From: Collinsella sp.
GTDB taxonomy: Bacteria; Actinomycetota; Coriobacteriia; Coriobacteriales; Coriobacteriaceae
Assembly: GCA_034088265.1 (NCBI GenBank)
Contig: JAXDWR010000078.1
Span: forward strand, 39,335-103,334
Direction: 5' to 3'
DNA: 64,000 nucleotides
Shown piece by piece: positions 49,543-60,400 of the stretch (positions are counted from its first letter, which is position 1; each line of letters begins with the position of its first letter). The position numbers and the translations under genes are program-made. The notes under the pieces were generated by a model that worked only from the letters and a program-made list of their open reading frames with translations, did no database searches and was not told the origin of the DNA.

Positions 49543-50583
49543 TCACATCTGGAAGTGCGCTGCCACGATATCGTCCAGCTGAGCTTGAATCACCTCGAAT
49601 GGTTGGTCCAGATCGAGCGTCATCACGCTGATCTGATTGCCGCTCATTTGATACACGCCATTCGGTTGGACCTCTTCATCGGTTTTGGCATACAGAAGCA
49701 TCCCGGAGACCTTATGCGAAGAGCCCGTCGCAGCAAGACCGGCCTCCATGTTCTTCACGTAGGCGAAGATCTGGTACAGGTTGCCCGAATGCACACTCAG
49801 CTTGTCGAATCTCCTCTGCATCGAATGCGAATAGTACTTGGCATCGATGATGAGGGTCGCCCCCTCTCCCGTCAGTGTGATATCGCTATGCATCATGGGC
49901 AGCATGGCGTCAAACCCGTCATCCAGTGCCCAGGTGATGTTAGATGCCCTGCAGTTCAGCTCGGGATGCTCGCGCTTGTAATACTCCAAGATGAACTTCT
50001 CATAGAGGCGACTCATGCGCTGCTCGTCTAGGAAATCCATCAATCGAGACGTCCCATCGGCTTGGTTTTGCAGCAACCCCTTTGACACGAGCCAACAGAT
50101 GCCCATGAGCATGCGATAAGTCTGATTGTTCCTATCGAATCTCATGTTCCAATCGACAGTCGCCAACTCTATATCGTCCACCTCATCAAAGTAGACAAGG
50201 AGGCCCTTGAGTTCTTTTTTTCGGCCCTTGTCTATATCGGAGCGCAGGAGCAGGCGCATGGTCGCTTTGAGAATCTGGTTCATGCGCGTGTCGACGGAGA
50301 ACTCGTCGTAGCGGCACACCATCTGGCAACGCAGAATCGAGCGCGTCTTTATGGACTCGGAGATGTCGATCTTTCCCCGCAAGGTCGATAGTGCGCTTTC
50401 CCTATCCACGTATGCGCGGCCAAGCCCACGTCTGATCTGCAGACTCACACCACGCACCAGTATCGCAGCGCAGAGCTCGGCTGTGTTGGAGAACTCCTCG
50501 GTTGATAAGCTGCGATACCCACGCTCGTGCAACACATGAAAGGCATACGCAAGCATATGGTAGATGTTCTGAACTCGAATCAC
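49543..50583 (-). CDS. mcrC: McrC restriction endonuclease subunit
   Basis: NIYHMLAYA N-terminus, LYEKF, SDI...IIDAKYY PD-(D/E)xK core and NLYQIFAY. GTGA overlap with mcrB. Confidence 0.92.
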   Translation of the reverse strand: MIRVQNIYHMLAYAFHVLHERGYRSLSTEEFSNTAELCAAILVRGVSLQIRRGLGRAYVDRESALSTLRGKIDISESIKTRSILRCQMVCRYDEFSVDTRMNQILKATMRLLLRSDIDKGRKKELKGLLVYFDEVDDIELATVDWNMRFDRNNQTYRMLMGICWLVSKGLLQNQADGTSRLMDFLDEQRMSRLYEKFILEYYKREHPELNCRASNITWALDDGFDAMLPMMHSDITLTGEGATLIIDAKYYSHSMQRRFDKLSVHSGNLYQIFAYVKNMEAGLAATGSSHKVSGMLLYAKTDEEVQPNGVYQMSGNQISVMTLDLDQPFEVIQAQLDDIVAAHFQM

Positions 50584-52775
50584 TTGACAGCCCCGCGCAG
50601 CCGATCGCTCCAATCTCGCACTTTACCAGGCTCATCGAACCAGTATTCGCGAAGCATTGGCACCAGCTCGTACTCCACAATGGCCGATAGCCTCTCATGG
50701 GTGACGTCCTCGGGTCGCATCCCGCAGAAATAACTATGCCCGATGCAGAAGCCCTCCCCCAAGGCCGCATCCCCAGCTATCTCCTCGTTAAGCCGCACCA
50801 CGCATGCAACCAAGTCGTTGAACGCCTCATTTGCAAGGCCATCGCGATATGAGACGAATCCATCCGAGCCAAAACCTGGCTTGAGGTCGAAGAACGCAAA
50901 GCGGCGACGAAGCGCATAGTCTAGCAACGCAAGGGATCGATCGGCCGTGTTCATCATGCCGATAAGGTAGACGTTGCTCGGAACATAGAAAAGCTCGCGC
51001 GAGTAAAGGAGCTGCAACTTGTTCTTGGGCCCACGCTTGTCGTTCTCAATGAGCATGAACAGCTCGCCGAAGATCTTGGATAGGTTGCCTCGGTTGATCT
51101 CGTCAATGATGAAGAAGTAGTCGTTCTCCGAGTCATCCTGCGCTGTTTTGCAGAACGTGTAGAAGGCGCCTCTCGCAAGCTCGAATCCGTCCCTGCTCGG
51201 ACGAAAGCCCTCGATGAAATCCTCGTAGCTATAGCTCTGATGAAACTGAACCATCATGACATGCTCGGGATTCTTCTCACCCATTATCGAGTATGCCAAA
51301 CGCTTTGCCGCATAGGTCTTACCAACGCCAGGAGCACCCTGCAATATGATATTCTTCTTCGAGCTGAGCACCCCGACCAACGTGTCGTAGGCCCCTTCAT
51401 CCATGTAGACCTCGTTCAAGAACTGTTCGCGATCGTAGCTCGGATAATCGATCGAAGGCCCCTCTTCCAACACCTCTTCCACGGAATCGACGAAATAGGC
51501 CGAGATCTCGGACACCATATCGGTGTAATCAGTCACATCGGTGAGGGTCTTTTGGGCGAACTTCTTGTCGCGGTTCCAACTGCCCTTATGCGTCCATCGC
51601 ACGCCGCGCAGGTGTGGATACCCGTCGGTCGCCTCCGGATCATACTCGTAATCATCCTCAACAACACCACGCCCGATTATCTCGCTCATCCCCCGTTTGG
51701 CGAACACGATGTCACCAGGCTTGATCTCGTGAGCAAACTGCCAGCATGCATGGGCCGAATTCTTTTGAGACGATGCGTCGCCCCGATATTCCTGCAACTT
51801 GATCCTTATATCGCTCTTGCTTGGATACGATCGCAGATCTCCCAGCTCGGACCAACCAAGACCCATGACGCCGCGCCTGTAGAAATCATCCCACATGCCT
51901 GCGCCCTCGCCGGGAGCATAGAGCCAATAGTGCGGCGTCTCGACATCCGCATCTCCCAACGCGTTCTCCTCGGCCTCTTTCTCGGCGGCCTCTATGGCCA
52001 TTTTCCTTTCCCTATTCACCTGCTCGGACCTCTCAAATGCAGCGTTTGAGAGCTCGGGGAAGTTGAGATACGGGCATTCATCGGTGCCGAACTCCGAGCG
52101 GATCCCGTCGCATATGGAAAGATAGGCTTCCCCATCGGGCACGGATGCGCCCTTCTCCCTAGGGGCCATAGCAGCAACCTTTGCACCCGCTGCAGCCATA
52201 TCTCGCATATACCAACGGTTGCGGGAATCAAGGTTGATGAAGACATGGGGTCTCGCCCAATACAGCCCCATAGTGAGCTTCCAACCCAACCCGAATTGCC
52301 CCATAGTTGCGTTGTACGCCGACGTGAAAGCAGCCCGATTGTCCGCGGTATCAGATGCGGCGAGAGCGATTTCCGCAGCAAAGAGTCGCCAGAGGTTGTC
52401 GATATCGTGTTCGCCGCGCCTTGCATCACCCGTGAAGGCATAGAAGGTTGCGTTCAGGTTGTTGAGAACAGGTATCCCATCGAAATCGCTTGGCTGCGGA
52501 GCCTCGATGCCAAACTCCTTGGCAAAGGCAGCGATGATCTTGCGACGATTTGTTTCGGAGATACCCTTGTTGAAAAGGCCGAACACAGTATAGGGATCTA
52601 TGTCTAAAGGTCGTGGCGTGGAGTCGAGTTTGGGCAGCTTCATACCAAGGCTCTCATAGAGAGACACGATCATGTCGATGAGATCGCCGCGGTTCTCCCT
52701 ATAGCGAAGCAGAATATCTGCAAGCTCCTCGTAGAAGCCCGTCCATGTGAAGCGCTCTTCGGCCATAGAGTCCAT
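50580..52775 (-). CDS. mcrB: McrB-family AAA+ GTPase with extended N-terminal recognition domains
   Basis: GAPGVGKT, QFHQSYSYEDF, IDEINRGN, MNTADRS and LRRRF motifs. Confidence 0.92.
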   Translation of the reverse strand: MDSMAEERFTWTGFYEELADILLRYRENRGDLIDMIVSLYESLGMKLPKLDSTPRPLDIDPYTVFGLFNKGISETNRRKIIAAFAKEFGIEAPQPSDFDGIPVLNNLNATFYAFTGDARRGEHDIDNLWRLFAAEIALAASDTADNRAAFTSAYNATMGQFGLGWKLTMGLYWARPHVFINLDSRNRWYMRDMAAAGAKVAAMAPREKGASVPDGEAYLSICDGIRSEFGTDECPYLNFPELSNAAFERSEQVNRERKMAIEAAEKEAEENALGDADVETPHYWLYAPGEGAGMWDDFYRRGVMGLGWSELGDLRSYPSKSDIRIKLQEYRGDASSQKNSAHACWQFAHEIKPGDIVFAKRGMSEIIGRGVVEDDYEYDPEATDGYPHLRGVRWTHKGSWNRDKKFAQKTLTDVTDYTDMVSEISAYFVDSVEEVLEEGPSIDYPSYDREQFLNEVYMDEGAYDTLVGVLSSKKNIILQGAPGVGKTYAAKRLAYSIMGEKNPEHVMMVQFHQSYSYEDFIEGFRPSRDGFELARGAFYTFCKTAQDDSENDYFFIIDEINRGNLSKIFGELFMLIENDKRGPKNKLQLLYSRELFYVPSNVYLIGMMNTADRSLALLDYALRRRFAFFDLKPGFGSDGFVSYRDGLANEAFNDLVACVVRLNEEIAGDAALGEGFCIGHSYFCGMRPEDVTHERLSAIVEYELVPMLREYWFDEPGKVRDWSDRLRGAVK

Positions 52776-52808
52776 CCTTTTCTAGACAAAATGTGAGCGG
52801 ATGTTAGA

Positions 52809-53067
52809 TCATTCTCCCAAATTACTACAACAAGACTCTTGCCGCGCAGAACAAGGAACCCTATCCGCTGGGGGCACGCCTTTGTCGAGCTCCCTCAGCC
52901 TTGCGAGTGAAACCTGGCACTGACCGTTCTTTGGCCTCGGTTTATGGGCGACGAGCTTCCAGACCTGCTCGCCCGGCCCGTTGTAGACCTCTTTAATCTC
53001 CCCCTCGCCATCGATGCTCAGCACGATGAGGTGCTCGGGTTTCTCGCTGGCCCCGATGGAGTGCCGC
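52809..53067 (-). pseudogene. 5'-truncated gene remnant (resembles the C-terminal half of DUF6998-like proteins)
   Basis: Frame reads *RHSIGASEKPEHLIVLSIDGEGEIKEVYNGPG...KNGQCQVSLARL, with an in-frame stop and no start upstream. Family assignment is from memory. Confidence 0.45.
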
Positions 53068-53147
53068 TAGATTCCCTGCCTCGCCAGCCAAAGCTTCAGC
53101 ATTCCAAAACAATGAATCGCTTTTTTCACAGATGTCCTGTCGAACTT

Positions 53148-53723
53148 TTACGCTATACAGGTTTTGTCTGTATCGGCGATAACACGACATTTCAATCCTG
53201 TCATCACCTCATCATCCAGCCACATCGTGTACACCGTGAAGCTCTCAGCTGTTATTTGGCTCAGATTGCATAGGTTCTCGATCACATAGATCCCGTCATC
53301 CTCGCACAGTCTGTCAGCTTCCTCATGCTCCGCATGCTGTCGAATCCCCGCACAATCAACTCCGATGAAGCGTATCCCCTTCTCGCACAACAAATTGATC
53401 AGCTCTTGTGAAAGCTGCGGGTGATCATGAAAATACAGCCTGTCGCCATAAGGGTGCTTCTCAATTTGTCCAGTTCTGAATATGACAAAGCCGTTTTCCG
53501 GGATACGGTCGATCTCAATATGCGACGGAAAAACCTCTGCGATGTCCCGAACGTCAAATAGTATGCCCTCGGACTTAAAGTATTGCAGGGGGATGCTGCT
53601 CTTTCTGTATGTATCCAAGTGTGTCCCCACATGTCCCATAGCAATATGAGGACTATCTTGTGATTTTGCCCACTGAATCAGAGGGCTATCTGGCGAGACC
53701 GTCGTTGTTAAATCAAAAAGCAT
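53148..53723 (-). CDS. Cyclase/kynurenine-formamidase-like metal hydrolase
   Basis: GHVGTHLD, FRTG, IGVD and VIENL.NL motifs. AAGGA RBS. Markedly lower GC than the host genes. Confidence 0.8.
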   Translation of the reverse strand: MLFDLTTTVSPDSPLIQWAKSQDSPHIAMGHVGTHLDTYRKSSIPLQYFKSEGILFDVRDIAEVFPSHIEIDRIPENGFVIFRTGQIEKHPYGDRLYFHDHPQLSQELINLLCEKGIRFIGVDCAGIRQHAEHEEADRLCEDDGIYVIENLCNLSQITAESFTVYTMWLDDEVMTGLKCRVIADTDKTCIA

Positions 53724-54092
53724 GTTTCCTTATTTCCTCTCATGCCGCCATGGTCCTTAAAAAAGCAGATCGATCGGCCAGCATGGACGATGACGCCAAA
53801 CACAATCAACTCTTTCATCGATGAAATGCAGGCATCCGTCCGTCGGCAGCTTGCTTGTCATCGCAATAATTTAGATGCCACCCGCATCGTAGGCAAGAGA
53901 TGGAAGACGCCCGCATTATTCCGCCAGCGGGAGCCATGGCTCCCTCGCCGCGGCCCCCCGCTCCCGTTCCGCGCCCGTCGGCCATATCCCGAGACACAAG
54001 CAGCACCGAGCGCGCGATAATGGACGCATATGAGCGTTTCGCACCCGCGGCGCCGTGCTCGGCGCGCCGCGATCGCACGAAAGGAAACCGCC

Positions 54093-55181
54093 ATGCGCCA
54101 GTTCCGCAACGACTACTCCGAGGGCGCCGCGCCCGTCATCTTGGACGCCCTAGTCCGCACCAACTTCAATCAGACGGTTGGTTACGGCGAGGACGAGCAC
54201 TGCGCTCGCGCAGCTGAGCTCATCCGCGCCGCCTGCAACCAGCCCGACGCCTTCGTGCGCTTCCTGCCCGGGGGCACCGCCGTCAACATAGTCGCCATCT
54301 CCTCGCTCACCGAGGAGTTCGAGGGTCCCATCCTCGCCGCCGACGCGCATCCCACCGCGCACGAGACGGGCGCCATAGAGGGCGCGGGCCGGCGCCTGCT
54401 CGCCACGCGCGACCCCTTTGGCATCCTCACGCCTGCCGAGGTCGAGCGCGTCGCGCTCCTGGCCCAGGCCGGAGGCCACCACACCACGCGCCCGGGCATG
54501 CTCTACTTCTCCAACACCAGCGAGCTCGGCCACGTCTACACCAAGGCCGAATTCGACGCCCTCTGCGATGTGGCCCAGGCACATGGCTTGGCCGTCTACG
54601 TTGACGGCGCCCGCATGGCGAGCGGCCTTGCCGCCGAGGGCGGCGATCTCACGCTGGAGCACCTTGCATCGCGCGCGGACGCCTTCACGTTGGGCGGAAC
54701 CAAGAACGGCATGCTCTTTGGCGAGGCCCTTGTGGTGAGCCCGCGCACCGAGCGCGGACGCCGCGCCATTGAGCGCATCCCCTTCCTCACCAAGCGCACC
54801 GGCGCCCTCACCGCGAAGGGCCGCCTCATGGGCGTGCAGTTCGAAGCGGCCTTCGACCCCGCCAACGCCACGGAGGACGGAACGCTCCCCTACTTCGCCC
54901 TCGCGCGGACGGCCAACGCCTGCGCGACGCGCCTGGCCGCCGGGATGCGCGAAGCCGGATTTGAGGAGTACGTGGGCACCACCGGCAACCAGAGGTTCTT
55001 CTGGGTCACGCCGAGCCTGGGCGACACGCTCTCCCAGGAGCTCGGCGCCGAGCTCGCCATCGTGGACGATCCCACGGGTGCCGGCCGTCTGGTGGCGCGC
55101 TTTGTGACGAGCTGGGCCTGCACGGAACGCGAGGTGGACGAAGCCCTCGACCGCATTCGAATTCTCGCGCAGGACGCCTAG
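54093..55181 (+). CDS. Low-specificity L-threonine aldolase
   Basis: FRNDY, YGED, GGTAVN, HETGA, SELG, VDGAR and GGTKNG (PLP Lys) motifs. Confidence 0.88.
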   Translation: MRQFRNDYSEGAAPVILDALVRTNFNQTVGYGEDEHCARAAELIRAACNQPDAFVRFLPGGTAVNIVAISSLTEEFEGPILAADAHPTAHETGAIEGAGRRLLATRDPFGILTPAEVERVALLAQAGGHHTTRPGMLYFSNTSELGHVYTKAEFDALCDVAQAHGLAVYVDGARMASGLAAEGGDLTLEHLASRADAFTLGGTKNGMLFGEALVVSPRTERGRRAIERIPFLTKRTGALTAKGRLMGVQFEAAFDPANATEDGTLPYFALARTANACATRLAAGMREAGFEEYVGTTGNQRFFWVTPSLGDTLSQELGAELAIVDDPTGAGRLVARFVTSWACTEREVDEALDRIRILAQDA

Positions 55182-55223
55182 AGCCCTAAGCGCCTCCCGA
55201 CCGATATAGCCCCTTGATTGAGA

Positions 55224-55249
55224 AGACGGCGCCCCGCGGGGCGCCGTCT
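55224..55249. terminator. 26-bp perfect palindrome between convergent genes
   Basis: AGACGGCGCCCCG-CGGGGCGCCGTCT. Confidence 0.6.
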
Positions 55250-55252
55250 GCC

Positions 55253-56035
55253 TTAGTGGATCAGATAGCTCTCCTGCCGCTTGGCGCAGGCGAGGGCGAA
55301 TGCCTTGCGGGCCGCGGCGAGCGCTAGGCCGCCTCCCATGTCGCGGCAGGCGCGGGGGCACACCTCTATGCAGCGCGTGCACGAGATGCAGCGATCGGCA
55401 TCCGTCTTGGAGGGATCGGCCGGGTCTATGGCCCCAACAGGGCAGGACGCGGCGCAAAGGCCGCACTCCGTGCAGCGATCGGCGTTGCAGACGGGATGGA
55501 AGGGCACCCCGCCAAACGAGCGATAGGGACGGTTGCCGGGGATCTCCCCAAGCGCGGCAGCGTCCGCTGCGCACACCGCGTCGAGCCTTTCCAGCACCAT
55601 GCGCGCAAGGTCGGAGACAACAGCGAGATCTTGGGCGTCGGGACGATCGGTGGCCACGTTGGTCATGAGAGAGTGGTGCGCCACGATGGCCGCGGCCCCC
55701 ACGGGGACGAAGCCGCCCCGCGACACCACGTCGGAGAGCTCGAGGAGCGTGTCGTCTATGGCGCGGTTGCCATAGGTCACCAGGAGCGCGGCGGGGATGG
55801 AGTCGCCAACGCAGCGCTCCAGGGCCGCGCGCGCCGGAGCGGGCACGCGCCCACCGTATGAGGGCACCGCGAAGAGGGCGACATCGCCCGCTTGAAAGGT
55901 TGGCAGCGAGGCGTTCTGGGGCGTCACGTCGAACACCTCGAACGCGAGCCCCGTCGCCCGGCAAAAACGCTCGGCGACGCGACGGGTGGTTCCCGCCCCC
56001 GTGAAGACCACGGCCTTGATCTTGTCCGCCTTCAT
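55253..56035 (-). CDS. Flavodoxin-like/4Fe-4S dicluster fusion protein (EFR1-type)
   Basis: FTGAGTT, PSYGGRVP and TYGNR, then CTECGLCAASCP and CISCTRCIEVCP. Confidence 0.85.
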   Translation of the reverse strand: MKADKIKAVVFTGAGTTRRVAERFCRATGLAFEVFDVTPQNASLPTFQAGDVALFAVPSYGGRVPAPARAALERCVGDSIPAALLVTYGNRAIDDTLLELSDVVSRGGFVPVGAAAIVAHHSLMTNVATDRPDAQDLAVVSDLARMVLERLDAVCAADAAALGEIPGNRPYRSFGGVPFHPVCNADRCTECGLCAASCPVGAIDPADPSKTDADRCISCTRCIEVCPRACRDMGGGLALAAARKAFALACAKRQESYLIH

Positions 56036-56110
56036 GGCACCTCCCGCCATCTTGTTCAAAACATACCAATCGATCGTGCCCCTATGCGCCACGCGGGGGC
56101 GATCGGGATT

Positions 56111-57172
56111 CTAGCGCCTATCGGGAAGGAACCGCGCCAAGAAGCTGAAGTGGGTCTCGGAGAGGACGATGGAGAGGAAGATGAGGACGAAGCCGAAGAT
56201 GAGCTTGCCGGTGAGGACCTCGCCCGCCATGAGGACGGAGAACAGCACACCCGAGGGACTCTCGAGCGAGAGGAGGAGCGAGCCAGTGGCGGGGGGAACA
56301 TGGCTCAGCGCCTGGTTTTGCAGGAGCAGGCCGACCGTGGTGCACATGACCGCCAGGAACAGGAGCTGCCCGATGACCTCCGGCGTCCAGCTCTCGGCGG
56401 GGACCGCCGGCTCGAAGACAAAGCTCGCGATCAGCGAGAAGATGCCCACGAAGAAGAACATCCACGAGGTGAGGACGCTCACGTCGCGCGTGCGACCGAT
56501 GTGGCCCACCACCGCCATATCCACGGCGAAGAAGACGGCGCCGAGGAGGGTGAGGAGGTCGCCCATGTGGATCGAGAACTCGTCGAGCGCCACGAAGCCA
56601 ACGCCCACCAGGCACAGGAGCGCCGAGCTCACATGCCATTTGGTGATGCGCTCACGGAAGAGGAGGAAGGCTATGAAGGGCACCAGGATGCAGTAGGTTC
56701 CCGTGAGGAAGGCGTTCTTACCCGCCGTGGTGTCGACCAGACCGAGGGTCTGGGCGCCGTAGGCGGACCAGATGACGGTACCCATGAGCACGCCGAAACC
56801 CAGGTACTCGCGGTTGAAGTGGGCGCGGATGCGCTTGCGGAAGATGACGAACATGATGAGCGCCGACACGAGGAAGCGGCAAGCGAGGAGCGTGAAGGTG
56901 GGGACGGTGTCAAGGACCGTCTTCATCATGAGGAAGGAGTAGCCCCAGATGAGCGCCATGGCCACGAGCATGAGCTTCCAGAAGAGCGGAGAGCGCGCGC
57001 CGGCTCCGCGAAGGGCACCGGGAGCCCGGTCCTCGGGAGGAACGGGGACGGCGTCTTGGGACTTATCCATCTCGGCCATGAGGGATGCCCACGCATCCCC
57101 GGCACGCTCGTCGCTGATGCCCGCGCGGCACGCGCCCGCAGCGCGATCGGAACATGCTTGCTTGTTTGACAT
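56111..57172 (-). CDS. DMT/EamA family transporter
   Basis: IWG.SF, RF, AQTLGL..TTAGKNAFLTG, GDLLTL and LSLES motifs, about 10 TM segments. Start uncertain. Confidence 0.88.
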   Translation of the reverse strand: MSNKQACSDRAAGACRAGISDERAGDAWASLMAEMDKSQDAVPVPPEDRAPGALRGAGARSPLFWKLMLVAMALIWGYSFLMMKTVLDTVPTFTLLACRFLVSALIMFVIFRKRIRAHFNREYLGFGVLMGTVIWSAYGAQTLGLVDTTAGKNAFLTGTYCILVPFIAFLLFRERITKWHVSSALLCLVGVGFVALDEFSIHMGDLLTLLGAVFFAVDMAVVGHIGRTRDVSVLTSWMFFFVGIFSLIASFVFEPAVPAESWTPEVIGQLLFLAVMCTTVGLLLQNQALSHVPPATGSLLLSLESPSGVLFSVLMAGEVLTGKLIFGFVLIFLSIVLSETHFSFLARFLPDRR

Positions 57173-57468
57173 GGAACACCCCCGCTTATGAAAAAGACAG
57201 CGTCCGAGGGGACGCTGCACCAGACCTTGCCTCTTGTGACGTTGGTTCTGGCTCGACTGTACCACGGCAGCCCCCGCGCGCTCAATTCATCTGGATAAAG
57301 CGTGTCGAACCACCCACCGAAACGCCGCAGGCGGCCGCCGGGGCGGAGCCGCACGACGAGGGCGGGATGCCTGGATACGACGAGAGCCCGGGCGGCGCCC
57401 GCTCCACATGGGAGTGGCGTCCGCCGCGGGCTCCGCGTCGGTCATGAAGGAGGGTTCCCCTCTTGGGG

Positions 57469-60400
57469 TCAGCTCATGTCGTGGCGCTTGGCCATCACGC
57501 CCGAGAAGAGCGCGACGGCGCCAAGGGCGGTGACGACGGCGAACATGAGCGACATGTCGTCGCCGGTCTGGGGCATGGCCTCATTGGATCCGGATCCGGG
57601 CTTGCCGTCGGGCTTCTGGGTGGTGTCCCCACCGCCCTCGGAACCGCCCTCCCCGCCGGAGACCTTCTTCCAGACGGCGCGGAGATGGACATCGGACGTC
57701 ACCGGCTTCCCGAAGTCAAAAGCCTCGCCCGTATCGCCATCCGGGCCCACGACGAACCATCCCTCGAAGGTGTAGCCGTCACGGACCGGATCGTCGATCG
57801 GGGCGACCTTCTGGCCATCCTCGACCGTGACCACGACGTCCTCGGTCCCCTCGATCCCGTCATCGAACGTCACGGTGAAGGTGTCGGGGCGCACCGGGGG
57901 CTCGAAGGTGGTGTCGAGCAGCGCGATCTCCGCGATGGAGGGGACGACGCCGTCGGCCCAGGATACGCTCACGGTCTTCACGCCATAGAACTGCTCGCCC
58001 GCAGCCTCGGGGAAGGAGAGGTCCTTGACCGGGGCATCAAGGACGCCGAGGTCCACCGTGGCGGTCTCGGCGTAGTCAGGCGTGGTGTACACCGTCGCCT
58101 CGACCTTGGCAGAGGCCGGCTCGCCCCAGGAGACGATGTGGACGCCGTTGCGGGGCTGACCGCCGGAAAGCGGATCGGAAACGTTGTAGGTCAGGGTGCC
58201 GGAGGCATCCTGGGGACGCCAGTAGGTGGTCAGGCGCCCATCGCGCATGGCCTCGGTGCCATGGCCCTCCACGGATGTCCCCGCGAAGGTGAACTCACCG
58301 GAGACGCCCGGATAGGTCACCTTGAAGGGGTTGGTCGAGAGATCGAACTCGATGACCTTGTCGCCCTTGTTGGCAAAGCCCGCGAAGCGCGCGGCGGCCG
58401 CCGCGTCGCCCTCGACGCCATCCCAGCTCAACCCGTTGATCGAGCTGACCGGCACCAGGCCGGCGTCGAGGAGCGCCTGGAGGGATGCCTCGTCGATCTT
58501 GACATCGGCCTGGATGCGCGCGAGGTCGATAGCCACGTGCGAGCCGGCGGGGATCTCGATCTTGCCGCCCTGGATGGTCGCGGAGGTGCCGTCGGCGGTG
58601 CCGGAGGCCGCCAGGCCGTTGATATCCGTCACGATGGCGCCGGCCGGGCTCTCGAAGCCCTCCTCGGCGGCGAGCTCGAAGACCTTCCACCACTTCGCGG
58701 TGTTCTCGAGGTTGGTGATACGGATGGCCTTGGCGTTGACGTTGTCGAACTCAAAGACCTGCGTGCGAGCGGAGGTGACGTCGCCGACCTTGTGCCAGCT
58801 GCCGTCCTCGGCCTGGTACTCGGCCTTGCCCTTGACGATCACATCGCCGCCGGAGGCGTCTTGGACGAAGGTGATCTTGCCGATGCGGGCCGCGGGCTCG
58901 AAGGTGAGGCCGACCCAGTCGTTGGCGCGGATGTTGTTGTCCTTCTCGTTCTTGAGATGGGCGTAGCTGCCCTCATCGCCGTCGGCGATCTTATCGAGGG
59001 TGAAGCTCTCATAAGATGCCATGCCCTCATTCATGGCAGGGGTGACCTTGCTAGGGACGCGGCCCGGGGCGACCTCGTTGAGCGTCCAGTCCCCCTCGCC
59101 CTCGACCACGAGGCGCACGCCGTTGAGAGCGACCGTCTTGCCGAGCGCGACGGTCTGGTCTGCCTGGGACTCGAAGGAGCCGATCTTGGTCCAGGCACCG
59201 TTGACCAGGCCCTCGATGACGCCCGCGCGGGCAGCGTCGCCCTGGACGACCCTCACTTGGCCGATCTCGGTTGTCTTGATATAGGTGATGCCGGCGTTGG
59301 CGCCCTCGGCGGGGACCGCGAAGGTGGCCCCGGTGGAGGTGTTGCCGTCGGCTATCGCCGGGACATCGCCCTGGGAGGGCTCCACGCTCGCGAAGGGCTC
59401 GTGGGGCTTGGCGGTGACGAGGGACGTGGAGACCTCGTTGACCTGCCAGTAGCCGCTGTAATACTGGGTGTTGGTGAAGCGCACGCCCTTGAGGTCGACG
59501 GTCTTGGGGAAGTCGAGCGTCTGGGTGGCGTCGCCGTTGACGTGGCCGAGCTCGATCCAGGTCTCGCCGTCGACGGTGTATTCCACGAGCGCGTCCTTGA
59601 GCACGTCCTGCGGACGTCCAGCAGGGACGGACTGCACGAAGGTCAGGGAGTCGGCGCGCTGATGGGGCTCGTAGGTGATGGTGAAGGAATCGCCCACGTT
59701 GACGTTGGTGGTCGGATTGCTGCCCGAAAAATGGGCATAGGTCTCGACGTCGCCGTCAACGATGTTGGCGGGGTTGCCCGTCGTCCCAAGGCCCTTGAGC
59801 GAGACGGTCGCCTTGACGTCGACGGTGCCCGTGGCCTCGGCGGCGATGGGGGCGAGGGACTCGCCTAGGGATTCCACGACCGGCCAGACCGTCCGGGTGC
59901 CCGCACGGGCGTACTGCGTGTCGGCCACATAGGGGAAGCTGTGGAGCAGGGCGTCGTCGAACAGCTCCTTGCCCTGGGTGTACTCGATGATCAAGGTGTC
60001 CTTGTCACCATCCAGATGGGCACGCAGGGCCTTGAGGTAGCGCAGAGCGGCATCCGTGCCGTCGGTCCAGAAGCCGATCCACGGATCGATCTGCTCGCGC
60101 ATGGATGCGTTGTCGGCGGACTCGGCATAGGTCGATGCGGCAGCCTGGAGCTCTTTGAAGAACGCCTCGATCTCGTCGATGTCGGCCGGCTGCACCGAGC
60201 CATCCTCGACCTTGGAGCGGAAGGCGTCGAGCATGGGCTTGACCGCGTCGGACTCGCGCGACTCGAAAGTCACGCCGCCGCCCTGGTACCACTTCATGTG
60301 CTCGGAGAGGGTGCGGAGCGCCCGGGAGGCGTCGGTCTCAGCTGCCTTGCCGCTGTCGACGTAGGTGAAGGAGTCCTTCCACACCTGGTCGGCGTGCTCG

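Noticed and set aside
49360-54000. att-like direct repeats or IS ends around the McrBC block
   Set aside because: Only very short GC-rich matches were found, with no integrase or transposase.
53742-54020. 92-aa plus-strand ORF at the edge of the low-GC block
   Set aside because: No RBS or recognisable motif, and it straddles the compositional boundary. Probably non-coding or a remnant.
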